Positions 11,600 through 24,545 of a DNA stretch of 64,000 nt are shown here, one piece after another; position 1 is the first letter of the stretch; every line of letters begins with the position of its first letter. Location of the stretch: positions 11,656,001 to 11,720,000 of the forward strand of contig NC_092674.1 in the NCBI RefSeq assembly GCF_964355755.1, in the 5' to 3' direction. This stretch comes from Antedon mediterranea (taxonomy: Eukaryota; Animalia; Echinodermata). The notes beneath the pieces were generated by a model. The model had not been told where the DNA came from, ran no database searches, and saw nothing but the letters and a program-made list of their open reading frames with translations. A program made the position numbers and the translations under genes.

Positions 11600-14500
11600 A
11601 ATTAATGTACGATCCCGTTTAACACTGTTCTCAACTATAGTCATTTTGGTATACTTGAACACAGTGATAAAGAATAGGATAAACTTAACAATATACAACA
11701 AAAAACATTAATGTACGATCCAGTTTAACACTGTTCTCAACTATAGTCATTTTGGTATACTTGAGAACAGTGATAAAGAATAGGATAAACTTAACATTAT
11801 ACAACAAATAACATTAATGTATGATCCCGTTTAACACTGTTCTCAACTATAGTCATTTTGGTATACTTGAGCACAGTGATAAAGAATAGGATAAACTTAA
11901 CAATATACAACAAATATCATTAATGTACGATGTAGTTTAACACTGTTCTCAACTATAGTCATTTTGGTATACTTGAGCACAGTGATAAAGAATAGGATAA
12001 ACTTAACAATATACAACATATAACATTAATGTACGATCCCGTTTAACACTGTTCTCAACTATAGTCATTTTGGTATACTTGAGCACAGTGATAAAGAATA
12101 GGATAAACTTAACAATATACAACAAAAAACATTAATGTACGATCCCGTTTAACACTGTTCTCAACTATAGTCATTTTGGTATACTTGAGAACAGTGATAA
12201 AGAATAGGATAAACTTAATAATATACAACAAATAGCATTAATGTATGATCCAGTTTAACACTGTTCTCAACTATAGTCATTTTGGTATACTTGAGCACAG
12301 TGATAAAGAATAGGATAAACTTAATAATATACAACAAATAACATTAATGTACGATCCAGTTTAACACTGTTTTCAACTATAGTCATTTTGGTATACTTAA
12401 GCACAGTGATAAAGAATAGGATAAACTTAATAATATACAACAAATAGCATTAAGGTATGATCCCGTTTAACACTGTTCTCGACTATAGTCATTTTGGTAT
12501 ACTTGAGCACAGTGATAAAGAATAGGATAAACTTAATAATATACAACAAATAGCATTAATGTACAATCCCGTTTAACACTGTTCTCGACTATAGTCATTT
12601 TGGTATACTTGAGCACAGTGATAAAGAATAGGATAAACTTAATAATATACAACAAATAACATTAATGTACGATCCAGTTTACACTGTTCTCAACTATAGT
12701 CATTTTGCTATAGTTAAGCACAGTGATAAAGAATAGGATAAACTTAACAATATACAACAAAAAACATTAATGTACGATCCCGTTTAACACTGTTCTCAAC
12801 TATAGTCATTTTGGTATACTTGAGAACAGTGATAAAGAATAGGATAAACTTAATAATATACAACAAATAGCAATAATGTACGATCCAGTTTAACACTGTT
12901 CTCAACCATAGTCATTTTGGTATACTTGAGCAAAGTGATAAAGAATAGGATAAACTTAATAATATACAACAAATAACATTAATGTACGATCCAGTTTAAC
13001 ACTGTTCTCAACTATAGTCATTTTGGTATACTTAAGCACAGTGATAAAGAATAGGATAAACTTAATAATATACAACAAATAGCATTAAGGTATGATTCCG
13101 TTTAACACTGTTCTCGACTATAGTCATTTTGGTATACTTGAGCACAGTGATAAAAAATAGGATAAACTTAATAATATACAACAAATAGCATTAATGTACG
13201 ATCCCGTTTAACACTGTTCTCGACTATAGTCATTTTGGTATACTTGAGCACAGTGATAAAGAATAGGATAAACTTAATAATATACAACAAATAACATTAA
13301 TATACGATCCAGTTTACACTGTTCTCAACTATAGTAATTTTGCTATAGTTAAGCACAGTGATAAAGAATAGGATAAACTTAATAATATACAACAAATAAC
13401 ATTAATGTATGATCCCATTTAACACTGTTCTCGACTATAGTCATTTTGGTATACTTGAGAACAGTGATAAAGAATAGGATAAACTTAACAATATACAACA
13501 AATAACATTAATGTACGATCCCGTTTAACACTGTTCTCAACTATAGTCATTTTGGTATACTTGAGCACAGTGATAAAGAATAGGATAAACTTAATAATAT
13601 ACAACAAATAACATTAATGTACGATCCAGTTTACCACTGTTCTCAACTATAGTCATTTTGGTATACTTGAGCACAGTGATAAAGAATAGGATAGGTCTAA
13701 ACTTAAAAATATACAACAAAAAACATTAATGTACGATCCAGTTTAACACTGTTCTCAACTATAGTCATTTTGGTATACTTGAGCACAGTGATAAAGAATA
13801 GGATAAACTTAAAAATATACAACAAAAAACATTAATGTACGATCCAGTTTACAACTGTTCTCAACTATAGTCATTTTGGTATACTTGAGAACAGTGATAA
13901 AGAATAGGATAAACTTAACAATATACAACAAAAAACATTAATGTACGATCCAGTTTAACACTGTTCTCAACTATAGTCATTTTGGTATACTTGAGAACAG
14001 TGATAAAGAATAGGATAAACTTAACAATATACAACAAAAAACGTACATTAATGTACGATCCAGTTTAACACTGTTCTCGACTATAGTCATTTTGGTATAC
14101 TTGAGCACAGTGATAAAGAATAGGATAAACTTAACAATATACAACAAAAAACATTAATGTAAGATCCCGTTTAACACTGTTCTCAACTATAGTCATTTTG
14201 GTATACTTGAGCACAGTGATAAAGAATAGGATAAACTTAAAAGTATACAACAAAAAACATTAATGTACGATCCAGTTTACAACTGTTCTCAACTATAGTC
14301 ATTTTGGTATACTTGAGAACAGTGATAAAGAATAGGATAAACTTAACAATATACAACAAAAAACATTAATGTACGATCCAGTTTAACACTGTTCTCAACT
14401 ATAGTCATTTTGGTATACTTGAGAACAGTGATAAAGAATAGGATAAACTTAACAATATACAACAAAAAACGTACATTAATGTACGATCCAGTTTAACACT

Positions 14501-14880
14501 GTTCTCGACTATAGTCATTTTGGTATACTTGAGCACAGTGATAAAGAATAGGATAAACTTAACAATATACAACAAAAAACATTAATGTACGATCCCGTTT
14601 AACACTGTTCTCAACTATAGTCATTTTGGTATACTTAAGCACAGTGATAAAGAATAGGATAAACTTAATAATATACAACAAATAGCATTAATGTACGATC
14701 CAGTTTAACACTGTTCTCAACTATAGTCATTTTGGTATATTTGAGCACAGTGATAAAGAATAGGATAAACTTCGAATAAACAGCAAATAACATTAATGTA
14801 AGATGCCGTTTAATACTGTTTTAAACTATAGTCATTTGAGTATAATTAATCACAGATAAAGAATAAGATCAACTTTAATA
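11600..14880 (+). repeat. 106-bp tandem array, about 31 copies (left arm)
   Basis: Period 106 (AACAC at 11621, 11727, 11833); unit CATTAATGTACGATCCCGTTTAACACTGTTCTCAACTATAGTCATTTTGGTATACTTGAGCACAGTGATAAAGAATAGGATAAACTTAACAATATACAACAAAAAA. Confidence 0.98.
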
Positions 14881-14977
14881 CTATTTATTAAATAAAAAAA
14901 ACTAATTCTATATTAACACATATTATTTACATATACTTTCACTGCTGATTTCTAGTATAAACAGGCCATAGGCCTAT

Positions 14978-15075
14978 ACATGGCTGCAGTCGCGTGCTCA
15001 AATTTGAGTTGGTGTTTACCGACCGACCGATCGACATAGTGAGCTGTAGAGTCGCGTTTGCACGCTACTAAAAAG
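14978..15075 (+). mobile_element. Helentron/DINE-like non-autonomous element 3' end
   Basis: (GACC)n then ATAGTGAGCTGTAGAGTCGCG-TTTGCACGCTACTAAAAA hairpin; related pieces at 44905-45005 and 58060-58135. Confidence 0.5.
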
Positions 15076-15597
15076 TTCACAAAAACCGTAGGACGGGCAC
15101 AGGGAAGTTTGTTCGAAACTCCAACCCCTCCCCTGGCTATGCGTTTAGATTTTTCATGCCTCCTTTACAAACCAAGATTATTAGAATACTATTAGGAGGA
15201 TCAAACACAATTCTTGTTGCCAGATTTCATTGACATTACAGGTATGAAGTCTATCAATATACAGTACCGCTTAATACAATACTTGTTGAGGCCATATCCA
15301 TCTATACATTTTAGTGTTATTCCACTTTAAAAAAGTCGATTTATATCAATACTCATCAACATACGATATAACGATAGAATTTATTGCAACTTGTCCATGT
15401 CGTATTCATCTACAAATAAAGTGTCTATTACCGTACTTTTAAAAATCTATTTATATCAATACCTATCAACGTATGTACGTGTGCATATTATATATACAAA
15501 ACTATATACATCAACATAAATGTCATATCATCTACAGTCATTAGTGTTATTTCACTTTTAATATTAGTAAATCCAAAGGCAAAATACTGAAATAATA

Positions 15598-15730
15598 ACA
15601 ATGCTGTGGTCTCAATGGAGATACAAAAAAAAGAAGCGAAAAGCTAAATCAAAACGATAAAGTAAAACAGCCAGAAAAGTTAGCAGAGTTTTCGGGCAAC
15701 ACTAGCCCTTCATCAGTGCAAGTGAGGGTA
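15598..15730 (-). mobile_element. Penelope-like pLTR fragment with degenerate hammerhead-like motif
   Basis: Minus strand TGCA-CTGATGA-A-GGGC-tagtgtt-GCCC-GAAA-ACTC-TGC. The adjacent segment recurs at 63298-63390. Confidence 0.45.
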
Positions 15731-15889
15731 CTTGTACAAGATAGTGTTATTTAACGTTTAGTCGATTTATATCAATACACTCATCAACATATGTACGTGC
15801 AATTCACGTCTACAATCAATAGTGTTAATTCCTCTTTTAAAAGTCGATTTATATCAATATACTCATCAACATATGTACGTGTCCACGTC

Positions 15890-17810
15890 ATATTCTTTAT
15901 CACTGTGCTCAAGTATACCAAAATGACTATAGTTGAGAACAGTGTTAAACGGGATCGTACATTAATGTTTTTTGTTGTATATTGTTAAGTTTATCCTATT
16001 CTTTATCACTGTGCTCAAGTATACCAAAATGACTATAGTTGAGAACAGAGTTAAACGGGATCGTACATTAATGTACGTTTTTTGTTGTATATTGTTAAGT
16101 TTATCCTATTCTTTATCACTGTTCTCAAGTATACCAAAATGACTATAGTTGAGAACAGAGTTAAACTGGATCGTACATTAATGTTTTTTGTTGTATATTG
16201 TTAAGTTTATCCTATCCTATTCTTTATCACTGTTCTCAAGTATACCAAAATGACTATAGTTGAGAACAGTGTTAAACTGGATCGTACATTAATGTTTTTT
16301 GTTGTATATTTTTAAGTTTATCCTATTCTTTATCACTGTGCTCAAGTATACCAAAACGACTATAGTTGAGAACAGTGGTAAACTGGATCGTACATTAATG
16401 TTATTTGTTGTATATTATTAAGTTTATCCTATTTTTTATCACTGTGCTCAAGTATACCAAAATGACTATAGTTGAGAACAGTGTTAAACGGGATCGTACA
16501 TTAATGTTTTTGTTGTATATTGTTAAGTTTATCCTATTCTTTATCACTGTTCTCAAGTATACCAAAATGACTATAGTCGAGAACAGTGTTAAACGGGATC
16601 GTACATTAATGTACGTTTTTTGTTGTATATTGTTAAGTTTATCCTATTCTTTATCACTGTTCTCAAGTATACCAAAATGACTATAGTTGAGAACAGAGTT
16701 AAACTGGATCGTACATTAATGTTTTTTGTTGTATATTGTTAAGTTTATCCTATTCTTTATCACTGTTCTCAAGTATACCAAAATAACTATAGTTGAGAAC
16801 AGTGTTAAACTGGATCGTACATTAATGTTTTTTGTTGTATATTGTTAAGTTTATCCTATTCTTTATCACTGTTCTCAAGTATACCAAAATGACTATAGTT
16901 GAGAACAGTGTTAAACTGGATCGTACATTAATTTTTTTTGTTGTATATTGTTAAGTTTATCCTATTCTTTATCACTGTTCTCAAGTATACCAAAATAACT
17001 ATAGTTGAGAACAGTGTTAAACTGGATCGTACATTAATGTTTTTTGTTGTATATTTTTAAGTTTATCCTATTCTTTATCACTGTGCTCAAGTATACCAAA
17101 ATGACTATAGTTGAGAACAGTGTTAAACTGGATCGTACATTAATGTTTTTTGTTGTATATTTTTAAGTTTATCCTATTCTTTATCACTGTGCTCAAGTAT
17201 ACCAAAATGACTATAGTTGAGAACAGTGTTAAACTGGATCGTACATTAATGTTTTTTGTTGTATATTGCTAAGTTTATCCTATTCTTTATCACTGTGCTC
17301 AAGTATACCAAAATGACTATAGTTGAGAACAGTGTTAATCGGGATCGTACATTAATGTTTTTTGTTGTATATTGTTAAGTTTATCCTATTCTTTATAACT
17401 GTTCTCAAGTATACCAAAATGACTATAGTTGAGAACAGTGTTAAACTGGATCGTACATTAATGTTTTTTGTTGTATATTGTTAAGTTTATCCTATTCTTT
17501 ATCACTGTGCTCAAGTATACCAAAATGACTATAGTTGAGAACAGTGTTAAACGGGATCGTACATTGTTGTTGTATATTGTTAAGTTTATCCTATTCTTTA
17601 TCACTGTGCTCAAGTATACCAAAATGACTATAGTTGAGAACAGTGTTAAACGGGATCGTACATTAATGTTATTTGTTGTATATTGTTAAGTTTATCCTAT
17701 TCTTTATCAATGTGCTCAAGTATACCAAAATGACTATAGTTGAGAACAGTGTTAAACTACATCGTACATTAATGTTATTTGTTGTATATTGTTAAGTGTA
17801 TTCTTTATTC
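15890..17810 (-). repeat. 106-bp tandem array, about 18 copies, reverse complement of the left array
   Basis: Units read TATTCTTTATCACTGTGCTCAAGTATACCAAAATGACTATAGTTGAGAACAGTGTTAAACGGGATCGTAC... Confidence 0.98.
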
Positions 17811-19378
17811 TTATTAATTGTACTAAATTATTAAAAGAAACAGTAGTAAGCATAACATTTCCCCACTCCTACATTAGCATGGTAGGACATTGTAATGGTC
17901 GCAGGTGGCTCAACTTTATTACTGCAATGGGATGGACATGGTCCTACTACCACCTTACCATCCAATAGGATTCCAGTAAATTTCCTTTACTACCAATCAT
18001 AATTCAGTAATTAAATTACCCCTTAAGTTAACAAGGAAATCAGCCTATCCCATTATACCGGTAGGCTTCGTCGTTACAGGCGTACTGCGGTAATAGTTGA
18101 GAATTCTCAACTAGCCAATTTGGTATATTTTATATACCTGCCACAGTTCGATCAAAGTATTCGCGGAAAAGGAGCTGTTTTGAAAGGCATTTTTTATTGT
18201 GATAAAGGTAATATAACGGTGGCTAAATCATGGGAACATGTTACAGAATGGCCCAAAACTGTATGATGTGGGTGTGAGAAAAAAATTAAGCGAGAAGTCG
18301 AAGATATAACAGTGTGGTGCGAAACTGCAGTAGCGCCGTATAGGTCTAGCTAGCCTAGGCCATGAAGGCCTTTATTCAATGTGTACTGTAACTAGGCCTA
18401 CTACTAATACACTAGGCCTAGCCTAGGCCTAGCCTAGGCCTCGGCTAGGCCTACTAGAGTAGAGGTAGCCTAGGCCTAGCTTACACTTTTTTTAGGGCAC
18501 AACAAAACCTTACTCTATTTATTGTTACAGTATAAAGGCCACAGCGCCTAGAGTGGATACCTCCATGTATGTCACTTTAATGTGGCACACATGTATGTGG
18601 AGTTTTGTTACGTTTTTGAACAAATGATAGAGCCAGGCATGTACGTACATGTAATGTATGCATTTAACCAAAGAATATATATATATATTCTTTGATTTAA
18701 CCATGGAGAGTAATTTATAGTACAGGCTATATGTGACATTTATCCTATGTAACCTTGAAAAAATTCTAATAAAAGGTCTTTTGGTATTTTCTTGTAGCTT
18801 TAGGTGTGAATAAATACCAAAAATTTTTTGCAGCCTTCTAGTTGCTGCGTTAGTGAGATATTGAGGGTCAAAGGTCAGTGACTTTTTTGTGGCATTTGAT
18901 GGCTCGTAACTCCTCAATTCCTGGGTTTAAAAAGACAACTGTGGTGTCTACATCTATGTTTTAGTGGTCAAACAACAAAATAAAGTTTTTGCAAATTTCG
19001 GGTTACTTGTGCCATTGGTCAAATAGTCGGGTCAAAGGTCATTGACCTTTATTCATTAATAACTACTACTAGTTTAGGACCTGGGTAAGATTTGTATGCA
19101 TTCAATTTAGGAGAGAATATCTCAACTGTTATAGGATAATTAGACCCCAAGGAACAACATGGGATATGTGCCAAATTCGTTAATGGGGGGGGGGGGGGGC
19201 GAACATGCCCAAATCGGGGTCAAAGGTTAGAAATGTGTGGTTCTTATATCTCGACAACCAAATCATACAGATTTGCTTTTGGTGTCAAATTGTTCAGAAA
19301 ATACATATTTATATTCAGTCTAACACAACGTTTACCCCAAAAAATGACCGGAAATGCTTTTACTGACCTTTGACCAAA

Positions 19379-21084
19379 CTTACTTACTTAATGTCATCCC
19401 ACTATTAAGTGGGTGCCATGATAATTTGTCTCCACACATCTCTATCAAGCATGCTCTTTCTCAGTTTACTCAGGTCTAGTTTGGTATCTTTCAACAGAAT
19501 GTCGAGCGAAGTCAGTTGAGGTCTTCCCACTTTCCTTTTCTCTTCTGGTTCCCAAAGGAGAACTCTTGAGGCAGGCTCAGAGCTTCTCATAACATGACCG
19601 GCAAGGCCCATGCGACGTCTTTGAATGATGGTCGTAAGACGGGGAAGGTTGGCATATAGTGTCTTGTTGGTGGCGTGTGAGGACCATGGGATGTTTTGGA
19701 CTTTCCTCAGCATGTGGGTGTATGCTCCATCCAATGATTTTGAGAGCGATGAAGTAAGACTCCATGTCTCACAGCCGTAAAGAAGAATGGCTTCAACTGT
19801 TGACTTAAAGAGGCGGATTTTTGTGGACTTGTTGATACGAGATGCCCATATTTTTGAAAGACTGTTCAGCGCACCCCATGCTTGACCAAGTCTTGCTTCG
19901 ACATCATGGTTAGTGGATGAACAGTAGCTTCCGAGGTACTTGAAATCCTCTACTTGTTCTATTGCTGATCCATCCAGTGTGAGAGTTATAGAAGGTGATG
20001 AGGGGTGTAAATGTATGAATTGGGTCTTCTTGATGTTTAAGTATAAACGTATAGCTTGTGTGGCTTGTTGAATTCTGTGCAGTAGATTTTCGGCAGCATG
20101 TATGGAATCTTCAAGAATGGCGATGTCATCGGCAAAGTCCAGGTCTGGTAGTACTTCAGCTGGATGTCTTCTACTACGGCGGAGGGTGAGACCGTCTGAT
20201 GATGTAGTTGCTGATCGCACTACATAGTCAAGGCAGACAATAAACAAGAATGGAGCAAAAGGGTCTCCTTGAACTACGCCAGAGTCGATGTTGAAGCAAT
20301 CAGTCTCACCATCTGGAGTCAGGACAACTGCTGATGTATTGATTACTCTGATGGCTTCTACAATTTTATGAGGGATGCCGTATGCTAAGAGGATCTTCAT
20401 CATGATGTTGCGATTGATGGAATCGAAGGATTTGCGAAAGTCAATCAAGATAATGACTGCCTCTTTGTGATGGTTCTTAACCTTTTCAACAATTCTCCTC
20501 AGTGCAAGAATGTGCGTAGTTGTTGATCGTGCCTGACAAAAGCCATTCTGGTTGGGGCGTAAAACTTCATTAATCACAGGACGTATCTTATTTAAAATCA
20601 GGCGATTGTAGATCTTTGCAGCCAATTGTGATAATGAAATACCCCTGTAGTTATCTGGTTTTGAAAGATCACCTTTTTTCGGGATATGAACGAAATTCCC
20701 CATTCTGATGGCCTGTTTCCATCAAGAATTTGATTGCAGAAAGAAGTGAGAGCTTTCTGGGTGCCAGGTAATTTCCATATTTTGATGGGAAGACCGTCAA
20801 GACCAGGTGCTTTGCCAGATTTCATCTGTTTGCAAGCAATTGACACCTCAGCCTCGGAGAACCTCTCGGAGCTTATCTGGTGGTTAAGTTGAAGATTTTG
20901 ACAATATCCATGTCATCTACCACTGAAGTCTCCACCGATAGTAGTTTGTGGAAGTGAGTTTTCCATGCTAGAAGACGATCCTCTCCCATGATGCAGGCAC
21001 TTTGAGATCTCTTCCCTGAGAGTTGTTTGACAAGTTGCCATGCAGATCTTAAGCTGTTGGCCGATGCTGGTTGATCGAAAAAAA
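19379..21084 (-). mobile_element. RTE-clade LINE, 5'-truncated, inserted in the left Academ arm
   Basis: RT motifs GKAPGLDG, IPKKGDLSKPDNYRGISL, GVVQGDP, LDFADDIA; (TAAG)n tail at 19379-19391; 8-bp TSD TGACCAAA (19371-19378 / 21085-21092); frameshifted. Confidence 0.92.
19405..20703 (-). pseudogene. RTE reverse transcriptase ORF remnant
   Basis: 432-aa ORF with non-LTR RT domain and RTE-type C-terminus (LLYGCETW, LAGHVMR, VGRP). Confidence 0.88.
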
Positions 21085-21289
21085 TGACCAAAAAAAACAC
21101 ATTTTCTGGTTAAATTATTCTTTAAAATGTCAATGGACACACTGTATGGTATAAAATGGAAGCATATACAATATGCTACCCATTGCTACCCAACTTGTAT
21201 TGAAATTTTTAATTAGAAATATAACTTTATGGAAAATGTGCATAATTGACTTCAGTATTTAGAATTATTAATTATTTATCTTTATCAAC

Positions 21290-22020
21290 TGGTACGACCT
21301 TTCCTGATGATTTGAAGTTGGGTCTAGTTACATTTATTTTAAAGAAACCTTCACTGGATCATACTTGCATGGCAAATTTTCGATCTATTTCTAATGTCGC
21401 TTTTTTATCTAATTGATCCTTGAGAAATGCATTGCTTTAGATCTCATACATTTTCTTGACGACAATCTGTTCGACCCTCTTCAATCAGCATATAGAAAGC
21501 ACCATAGTACAGAGTCAGCCATTCTCAATGTGCATAATGATATTATTTTAACTCTGAATAAAGGTAATTGTCTTTTTTTTGTGTACCTCGACCTGTCGGC
21601 AGCTTCTGATACCATGGACTATTCCATTCTTATTGCAAGACTCTCGTCTATTGGTATCTGTGGATCTGCTCTAAATTGGTTCAAGTCATATTTGTCTTCT
21701 AGGAAGCAGCAGGTCCGGATTGGTAATGTCAAATCCACCTCTATCGACCTGATATGCGGTGTTCCTCAAGGATCAATACTGGGTCCAGTATTGTTTTTAG
21801 TTTACATCTCGCCCATGAGTGATATCATTAAGAGACATTATGTCCAGACATATCAACAACATTAGTAACTGATACCTACCACCTTCGTAACATAAGATCA
21901 ATTCGCAAACACACTCCTCGCTTATTAAACTTGTCCATGCACTAATAACATCACGGTTAGACTACTGCAATGCCATTTTGTTTGGTCTACCAAATTAAGA
22001 ACTTAATAAACTACAACTAA
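21290..22020 (+). mobile_element. L2/CR1-group LINE RT fragment (degraded)
   Basis: KKPSLD, DPLQSAYRKHHSTESA, YLDLSAA, GVPQGSILGPVLF and downstream RLDYCNAILFGLP, with an internal deletion. Confidence 0.85.
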
Positions 22021-23080
22021 GTCTTTTCTTTTTTATACCAAATATTTCATTACAACGCTACAATTATTTCACCTAAAATAAACTTACATTAATTTATACT
22101 CATTTTTGTCTAAATTTAATAAAATATGCATATTTTCCAAAAATAACATCACATAATTAAATACAAGTTGGGTAGCAATGGGTAGCATATTGTATATGCT
22201 TTCATTTGATACCATACAGTGTGTCCATTGACATTTTAAATATTTAACCCGAAAATGTGTTTTTTGGTCAAAGGTCAGTAAAAGCATTTCCGGTCATTTT
22301 TTTGGGTAAAAGTTGTGTTAGACCGAATATAAATATGTATATTCTGAACAATTTGACACCAAAAGCAAATCTGTATGACAAGTGGTTGTCGAGATATAAG
22401 AACCACACATTTCTAACCCTTGACCCTGATTTTGGGCATTTTCGCCCCAGATAACGAATTTGACACATATCCCATATTGTTCCTTGGGGTCAAATTATCC
22501 TATAACAGTTGCGATATTCTCTCCTAAATTGAATGCATACAAATCTTACTCAGGTCCTACACTAGCAGTAGTTATTAATGAATAAAGGTCAATGACCTTT
22601 GACCCGACTATCTGACCAATGGCACAAGTAACCCAAAATTTGCAAAAACTTTATTTTGTTGTTTGACCACTAAAACATAGATGTAGAAACCACATTTGTC
22701 TTTTTAAACCCAGGAGTTGAGGAGTTATGAGCCATCAAATGCCACAAAAAGGTCACTGACCTTTGACCCTCAATATCTCACTAACGCAGCAACTAGAAGG
22801 CTGCAAAAATTTTTTGGTAATTATTGACACCTAAAGCTACAAGAAAATACCAAAAGACCTTTTATTAGAATTTTTTCAAGGTCAAACCATATATAGCCTC
22901 TACTATTAACCAAAGATTGTTTTGTATAGAGATTGTTAGAATGTAACTAAAGAGGGCAGTATATATGCTGCAACCAACAACTTGTTACATTTACACGCGG
23001 CTAATAAATCAAAAATACCGTAAAATTTTCATTTTTATTCTCATTTATTTGACCAACAAACGAACCATAATGTAAAATAT

Positions 23081-24179
23081 GGGTGTCACGAAACCTAAGA
23101 CCACGAAAGCTAAGACCCCCTAAGACCTAAGATCACGAAAGCTAAGACCCAAGACCTAAGATTGCAAATTCTAAGATATACTACAGCTTAAAAACAATAC
23201 TTGTTTATCCATACATAATTTTAAACATAGTAGATTTCATTTATTACCATAAATATAATTAAATACTACCGCAAAACATAGATAAACTCACATTATTTTC
23301 GCCCGTTGAGTAAATGTATATTTTTCCTTTACAACAAACAAACTTGACTGGTTGTTTGTTGGTATATATTTACTCCATTGTGTTGGTTCAGAGGATGTTT
23401 TTCTTTCGCACCTGCCTTTCTTGTTCTATTTTGACTCCAAATTTGTTAACTGACTTTATTCTGAATATCACACTTTAAAATTAGGACTTATATAAGTACT
23501 TTCAGAAGGAGAAACACACAAAAACAAATAAATAAATCCTTTAAATTGATGTTTTTACAGACGTGTTTCTTTGTATACTTTACTCCATGGTATACTGTAA
23601 GAACTCCTCATGCTCAATGTTTTTGTTTCTATGAAGCGCCAAAAGAGCAACAATAATAGTACAAGTATAAAAACAGAAAGAAAACGAAACAAAAAAACTT
23701 ATTATCATGATTTTTAAATTAAAATTTATTTGCGAGTATTTATTTCTTCGTACTAGCATGATTATACTATTATTATTACAATTTTAATTTTACATTGTTC
23801 CATCCACACTGTAGATGGACTCTACAGAGTTTTCAGCCCTCTATATAATTTTTGCTCTATTGACGTTCCATAGAAACAAAAACATTGAACATGATGTAGG
23901 CCTAACTGTAGTGTAGGCTAGTCATGCGAAATTCGCAAACAGTATGTGTGCGAGAAAAACGTCTGTAAAATCATCAATTTGAAAATTTATTTGTTACTTT
24001 TTATGTGATTCTTTTTCATAAAGTGCTAATTCTAAGGTGTGGTATTCAGATGTTGGGAGTTAAAATACAAGGCAGGTGCGAAAGATAAATATTTGTAATC
24101 TTAGGTCTTGGGTCTTAGCTTTCGTAATCTTAGGTCTTAGGGGGTCTTAGCTTTCGTGGTCTTAGGTTTCGTGACACCC
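23081..24179. mobile_element. 1.1-kb palindromic MITE (MULE-like)
   Basis: About 88-bp near-perfect TIRs GGGTGTCACGAAACCTAAGACCACGAAAGCTAAGACC..., further internal inverted blocks, imperfect 10-bp flanking repeat TGTAAAATAT/TGTAAAGGAT. Confidence 0.8.
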
Positions 24180-24249
24180 TGTAAAGGATACAGACTGAGA
24201 CGGACTGCTAAAGTAAATGAGATTACTATAACTACAAGAGTTAATATAG

Positions 24250-24545
24250 TCGACGTTGTTTTGAGGATGGAGATCAACCTTGAATTACGGTCAGACTTTC
24301 AACATTGTATCAACGTTAAAAAATAGTGACGTCCTATCGACGATGGTAGATTGACCTTGAATTTTTAGACATCAACCTCGATTTCAACGTTGACTCAACG
24401 TTGAATAGTGCCGTTATACCAACAAAGGTGTATTGTCCACGTAGTAGTAGAAGTAAGTATCACGCTTCAAACTGAATTCAACGTTAACGTTAAAATAATG
24501 ACGTAGGGTAGACGTCCGACTTTGACCTAATTTCAACGTTGATTA
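24250..24545. repeat. Degenerate tandem repeat built on CAACGTTG palindromes
   Basis: Recurring TTTCAACGTTGA / AATAGTGACGT motifs. Confidence 0.5.

Larger units (their letters stand above)
10673..18337. mobile_element. Non-autonomous Mutator/Foldback-like element (7.7 kb)
   Basis: Perfect 26-bp terminal inverted repeat GGCGCTACTGCAGTTTCGCACCACAC, with similarity extending about 100 bp. 9-bp flanking direct repeat GTACAGGTC (10664-10672) / GTATAGGTC (18338-18346). Internal inverted satellite arrays; no transposase seen. Confidence 0.8.
18718..22905. mobile_element. Academ-like non-autonomous DNA transposon with about 850-bp TIRs
   Basis: 5'-TAGTACAGGCTATAT ... ATATAGCCTCTACTA-3' termini, 3-bp TSD TTA, long inverted arms (18750-19378 plus 21085-21260 vs 22110-22885) rich in TGACCTTTGACC. 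Confidence 0.8.

Noticed and set aside
15791-17689. Repetitive ORFs (…ITVLKYTKMTIVENSVKRDRT…)
   Set aside because: Read-throughs of the 106-bp satellite; unit length is not a multiple of 3
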